A DNA stretch of 10,418 bases, from the NCBI GenBank assembly GCA_041492755.1, contig JBGPXN010000163.1, forward strand, positions 1 through 10,418, given 5' to 3'. Shown piece by piece: positions 7,801 through 10,418 of this stretch (positions are counted from its first letter, which is position 1; each line of letters starts with the position of its first letter). The stretch is from Candidatus Methylomirabilia bacterium (lineage in GTDB: Bacteria; Methylomirabilota; Methylomirabilia; Rokubacteriales; CSP1-6). Both the position numbers and the translations under genes were made by a program. A model generated the notes under the pieces. It was not told where the DNA came from. It ran no database searches and saw nothing but the letters and a program-made list of their open reading frames with translations.

Positions 7801-8862
7801 ATCGAGCGCGCGCGCGCCGGCCGCGCGCTCTCGGAGAGCGAGGCCCGCTATCGCGCCATCGTCCAGGACCAGACGGAGTCGATCTGTAGATTTCGTCCGG
7901 ACGGGACGCTCACGTTCGTCAACGACGCGTGCTGCCGGTACTTTGGCCGGGCGCGCGCGGACCTGGAACGCCGCTCGTTCATGCTGTTCATTCCGGCCGA
8001 CGAGCGGGCGGCAGCCGAGCAGCAGCTCACGTCGCTGACGCCGCCCTCGCCGGTCGGCACGTTCGAGCGCCGCGCGCTGCTGCCCAACGGCGCCGTCCGC
8101 TGGCAGCACTGGACCATCCGGGCGATCTTCGACGGGCTGGGCCGGCTCGTGGAGTACCAGTCGGTCGGCCGGGACGTCACCGAGCGGCGCCGGGACGCGG
8201 AGATCCGCGCCCAGCTCCTCGATCGGGCCATCGGCGCGCAGGAAGAAGAGCGGGCCCGGATCGCGCGCGAGCTGCACGACGAGACGGGCCAGTCGCTCGC
8301 CTCACTCCTGCTCGGCCTCACCATGATCCAGCGCACGAGCAGCCTGAAAGCCGCGCGCGCGTACGCGCGGAAGCTGCAACGCCTGGCCGGCCGAACGCTG
8401 GACGAGATTCGCCGGCTCGCTCATGGACTGCGGCCGAGCGCACTCGACGATCTCGGGCTCATCGCCGTGCTGGAACGCCACGTCGGCGAGTACGCCAGCG
8501 CCACCGCCATCAAGGTGGATCTGCTCCTCGAGGGCATCGACGACCGCCGGCTGCCCGGCGCCGTCGAGACGGCCCTCTATCGCATCGCGCAGGAAGCGTT
8601 GACCAACGTCCTTCGCCACGCCGCCGCCACCAGCGTCACGATCGTCCTCCACCGTGGGGCGACGCACGTGCGCATGACCGTGGCGGACGACGGCCGAGGC
8701 TTCGACCCCGGCCTGGCCCTCGGCGCCGCCGGCCACTTCGGGCTGCACGGCATCCGGGAGCGCGCCGTCCTGCTCAAGGGCACCGCGCGCTTCGACTCGA
8801 CACCCGGCGCCGGCACGCGCATCACCGTCGAGCTGCCCGTGGAGGGGCATGGCGAAGATTAG
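4897..8862 (+). CDS. Soluble multi-sensor histidine kinase: GAF-GAF-GAF-GAF-PAS-GAF-PAS-HisKA_3-HATPase_c, 1321 aa
   Basis: H-box EERARIARELHDETGQ (His1127, nt 8275), N-box YRIAQEALTNVLRHA, DDGRGF and HFGLHGIRER; repeated GAF signatures (GVPLI..LVGVL, AAPLI..TIGVL, WSTPI..VLGT, ACPVL); PAS/PAC ends DITERR and DVTERR; no TM helix seen. Confidence 0.96.
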   Translation: MDGERARRFEVLTRLAQSVTRSPDPAETLRQVAAAATELVPDSYAGIWVAQDDRLLLRAEAGRRQPPLPGRRTTMTADEGFGGPVARWAKTRVVPDISADATALNHEWMLAEGFVSYVGVPLIARERLVGVLTLLSRERWDFTADMQEVLESFGAQAAIAIANADAYHRLRRLARLSRTVSASLDVETALREIVGAAAELMAVPAAGCWIADETSARLGLCAFSDPEAAVGLAADTVPFGRGLAGCTASARAPVHVPDVFADPRTVSRTWYEARGLRSFLGLPVIYEGSLLAVLGLFGRRPFELDAPHQDLLDTFVAHAATAIRNAGRYQDSERRRRSAEALAQIDRALADSLDPDVVCARIVEEISQLLGVRAAALFRLDPQSGALALIARSSGEGTFPWLAVIPPGVGIGTLAVARGCVVVTRDCLETDEISFTPEFRRLLEDSDERAMLAAPLIAHGRTIGVLMVRDRTGREFEETARSLAQGLADRAAIALANASLFAAEKTARAALASERRVLELIATGAPLSEVLHAVCLGVEAQSEGALCAVMLVGRERDGLHPGGNGSVPEEFLEGTARLPIASTAAACGTAAWRKAPVVTFDIAEDPLWAGRRARAMSFGLRACWSTPILAAGDEVLGTVAVYSRSPRHPTAAEAHVVDQATNLARIAIERDHAETALRESESRFQAFMDNSPAVVWVKDEHGRYVYANQAYLKQGGWAFVDVVGKTVFDLWPESTARRISDDDEAVRRLGEVKTFMVELPRPDGTRGEWLAYRFPMRDAAGRRLLGGVSIDITERRRAERALKRETAFVELMQVAAVAANQSPSVEAALQTTVDVICLHTGWPVGHVLALDERNVEMVSAGVWHLEDPDRYEAFRAATAGARFVADDGLIGSVMRDRRPAWTGMLCHGIARPRHLAARDAGLTFAIACPVLVRNEVVAIIEFFSVRAEEPDPPFLAVMEQIGTQLGRAIERARAGRALSESEARYRAIVQDQTESICRFRPDGTLTFVNDACCRYFGRARADLERRSFMLFIPADERAAAEQQLTSLTPPSPVGTFERRALLPNGAVRWQHWTIRAIFDGLGRLVEYQSVGRDVTERRRDAEIRAQLLDRAIGAQEEERARIARELHDETGQSLASLLLGLTMIQRTSSLKAARAYARKLQRLAGRTLDEIRRLAHGLRPSALDDLGLIAVLERHVGEYASATAIKVDLLLEGIDDRRLPGAVETALYRIAQEALTNVLRHAAATSVTIVLHRGATHVRMTVADDGRGFDPGLALGAAGHFGLHGIRERAVLLKGTARFDSTPGAGTRITVELPVEGHGED

Positions 8863-9526
8863 GGTGCTGCTGGCCGACGATCACGCCGTGCTGCGCGCCG
8901 GATTGCGCATGCTCATCAACGCCCAGGTGGACATGCGCGTCGTCGGCGAGGCCGGCGAGGGCCGTGAGGCCGTCGAGACGACGTTCACGCTGTCGCCCGA
9001 CGTCGTCGTCATGGACCTGTCGATGCCGGGTGGTGGCGGTATGGACGCGCTGAAGCGGATCCGCCGCGAGCGGCCGGAGACGCGCGTGCTCGTCCTTACC
9101 ATGCACGACGATCCGGCGTACGCACGGGCCTCGGTTGCCGCGGGCGCGTCCGGGCTCGTCCTCAAGGACGTCGACGGGGAAGAGTTGTTGGACGCGATCC
9201 GAACCGCGTACGAGGGCCGCACGTACGTCGGCGCGGCCCGCCGCGAGCCGGGCGCCGAGGACCCGGAGGCGGACACAGGCTGGATGCCACGGGCCGAGAG
9301 TCTGCGACTGCTCAGCCGCCGCGAGATGACCGTGCTCGAGATGGTGGCCCAGGGCCACACCAACCAGGATATCGCCGCGCGACTGGTCCTCAGCGTCAAG
9401 ACCGTGGAGACCTACCGCGCCCGCGTGATGGACAAGCTCGCGCTCCGTAACCGTGCCGAGCTGGTCCGGTTCGCGATCGAGCAAGGACTGCTCGGCACGA
9501 AGAGCGACTCCGACCCGCAGCCCTGA
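8849..9526 (+). CDS. NarL/FixJ-family response regulator (REC + LuxR HTH), NreC-like
   Basis: LADDH acidic pocket, VVMDLSMP phospho-Asp56, LTMH, LK, and HTH LSRRE..VL..VAQGHTNQDIA..L.LSVKTVETYR; overlaps the kinase by 14 bp with GGAGG upstream. Confidence 0.96.
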   Translation: MAKIRVLLADDHAVLRAGLRMLINAQVDMRVVGEAGEGREAVETTFTLSPDVVVMDLSMPGGGGMDALKRIRRERPETRVLVLTMHDDPAYARASVAAGASGLVLKDVDGEELLDAIRTAYEGRTYVGAARREPGAEDPEADTGWMPRAESLRLLSRREMTVLEMVAQGHTNQDIAARLVLSVKTVETYRARVMDKLALRNRAELVRFAIEQGLLGTKSDSDPQP

Positions 9527-9566
9527 CCGCCGCCTGATGTAAAGCCGTCATCGATTCGCGGGCCTG

Positions 9567-9583
9567 CTGGCACCCCCATTGCA
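9567..9583 (+). promoter_or_regulatory. sigma54 (-24/-12) promoter
   Basis: CTGGCAC-CCCCA-TTGCA; GG (9569-9570)-N10-GC (9581-9582); predicted +1 near 9594, just before RBS AGGAGGT (9598-9604). Confidence 0.8.
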
Positions 9584-9609
9584 TCTCTCCCGGGGGCAGG
9601 AGGTGGCGT

Positions 9610-10089
9610 ATGCGATCGACAGCCCATCGTACGATCGTCCTGCTCGCCCTCTTCGTCCTCGGCCCGTTCGGCGGCCTCGCGCGGGCCCAGGCGCCGGCGC
9701 CGCCACCGACGCCCGCCACGCCCGCGCCCGCGGGTGGCGCGCTGTGGGCGATCGGGATCATCATCGCCTTGCTCGTCGTGGTCGGTCTCGCGGTGAAGCT
9801 CTTCGATCTCAGGCGCAAGCGCGAAGCGGAGGCGGTTCAGCTCCAGGCGCAGATCTCGGACGCGCTGCTGCGTGACCCCGCGTTCTTCGGCCTGCCCGTT
9901 GTCGCGAACGCCGACGTTCCGCTGACGGGCGGCCCGGCGCGAATCGAGATCGTGGGTCAGGTGCCCAACGAGGCGATCCGCGAGGCCGTTCTACGACTCG
10001 CCCACCACGAAGCCTCGCGCATCCGCGCCGACTTCACCATCGAAGACCGGCTCGCGGTGCTTCCGACGCTCGAGCGGCACGTGGCCTGA
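9610..10089 (+). CDS. Membrane-anchored protein with a C-terminal BON-like domain, 159 aa
   Basis: Strong RBS; signal peptide ending ARA-Q, Pro-rich linker, TM at aa 44-62, then ISDALLRDP...IEIVGQVP..A.REAV..LA...IEDRLAV resembling the BON pattern. Confidence 0.8.
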   Translation: MRSTAHRTIVLLALFVLGPFGGLARAQAPAPPPTPATPAPAGGALWAIGIIIALLVVVGLAVKLFDLRRKREAEAVQLQAQISDALLRDPAFFGLPVVANADVPLTGGPARIEIVGQVPNEAIREAVLRLAHHEASRIRADFTIEDRLAVLPTLERHVA

Positions 10090-10127
10090 ACCGTCTACGC
10101 GGGTGCGGGTGGTTGCGCTGACGACGG

Positions 10128-10138
10128 TGCTATATACT
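10128..10138 (+). promoter_or_regulatory. Putative sigma70 -10 region of the tRNA-Ser/Arg pair
   Basis: TGCTATATACT containing TATACT (10133-10138), 16 nt before the tRNA and followed by a GC-rich stretch. Confidence 0.65.
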
Positions 10139-10154
10139 ACCCACGCTCGCCGTC

Positions 10155-10248
10155 GGAGAGGTGGCCGAGTCGGCCGAAGGCAGCCGCCTGCTAAGCGGTT
10201 ACAGGGGCAAAACCTCTGTCCAGGGTTCGAATCCCTGCCTCTCCGCCA
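10155..10248 (+). tRNA. tRNA-Ser (anticodon GCT)
   Basis: Acceptor stem GGAGAGG/CCTCTCC, anticodon arm GCCGC-CTGCTAA-GCGGT, long variable arm ACAGGGG-CAAAA-CCTCTGT, T arm CAGGG-TTCGAAT-CCCTG, G discriminator, CCA. Confidence 0.98.
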
Positions 10249-10249
10249 T

Positions 10250-10326
10250 GCGCCCTTAGCTCAGATGGATAGAGCGTCGGACTACGAATCCGAAGGTCGG
10301 GGGTTCGACTCCCTCAGGGCGCACCA
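10250..10326 (+). tRNA. tRNA-Arg (anticodon ACG)
   Basis: Acceptor stem GCGCCCT/AGGGCGC, D arm GCTC/GAGC, anticodon arm TCGGA-CTACGAA-TCCGA, T-loop TTCGACT, CCA; 77 nt. Confidence 0.98.
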
Positions 10327-10342
10327 CTAAAACCAATCACTG

Positions 10343-10366
10343 AGGGCCCGATGCGAACCGGGCCCT
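10343..10366 (+). terminator. GC-rich hairpin after tRNA-Arg (possible terminator or processing stem)
   Basis: AGGGCCCG/CGGGCCCT 8-bp stem; no U-tract follows, so terminator function is uncertain. Confidence 0.4.
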
Positions 10367-10418
10367 GTGATACTTCCCGGCGAAATTGTGATAGAGGCGC
10401 GCTCACCCGCTCGCCTGC

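Noticed and set aside
5065..8850. Long antisense and alternative-frame ORFs over the kinase (657, 447, 393, 374 aa and others)
   Set aside because: Shadow ORFs expected from high-GC codon bias; Arg/Gly/Ala-rich with no recognisable motifs.
10223..10249. Similarity to 2393-2418 as an attL/attR duplication
   Set aside because: It is part of a complete tRNA-Ser(GCT) whose differing bases pair within its own stems, so this is tRNA paralogy. No separate att copy was seen in the window.
1..10418. CRISPR array, rRNA or intact IS element
   Set aside because: No regularly spaced repeats, rRNA-like sequence, transposase or terminal inverted repeats were seen.

Overview
High-GC bacterial genomic DNA; a hand count gives about 73% GC in a sampled line of the kinase gene (6361-6420) and about 55% in a sampled line at 541-600. 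The multi-GAF kinase and ABC substrate-binding remnant would fit a lineage such as Ca. Rokubacteria, but that is inference only. The window holds three tRNA genes: Ser-TGA at 2329-2417 and a Ser-GCT/Arg-ACG pair at 10155-10326. The right part is intact: a nitroreductase, a small lipoprotein, a soluble 5xGAF/2xPAS HisKA_3 kinase with a NarL-family regulator, and a sigma54-driven membrane protein with a BON-like domain. The left 3.6 kb around tRNA-Ser(TGA) is a decayed accessory mosaic: a dead tyrosine integrase, an ABC substrate-binding fragment, two broken paralogous secreted-protein genes and a chain of small ORFs. The best candidate for something new is missing from the ORF track: a 55-aa half-LIM-type zinc-finger ORF (3087-3254) directly behind a near-consensus sigma54 promoter, probably on a leaderless mRNA. 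A recurring GGG-N3/4-CCC palindrome at a fixed distance from three -10-like hexamers suggests a small regulon.
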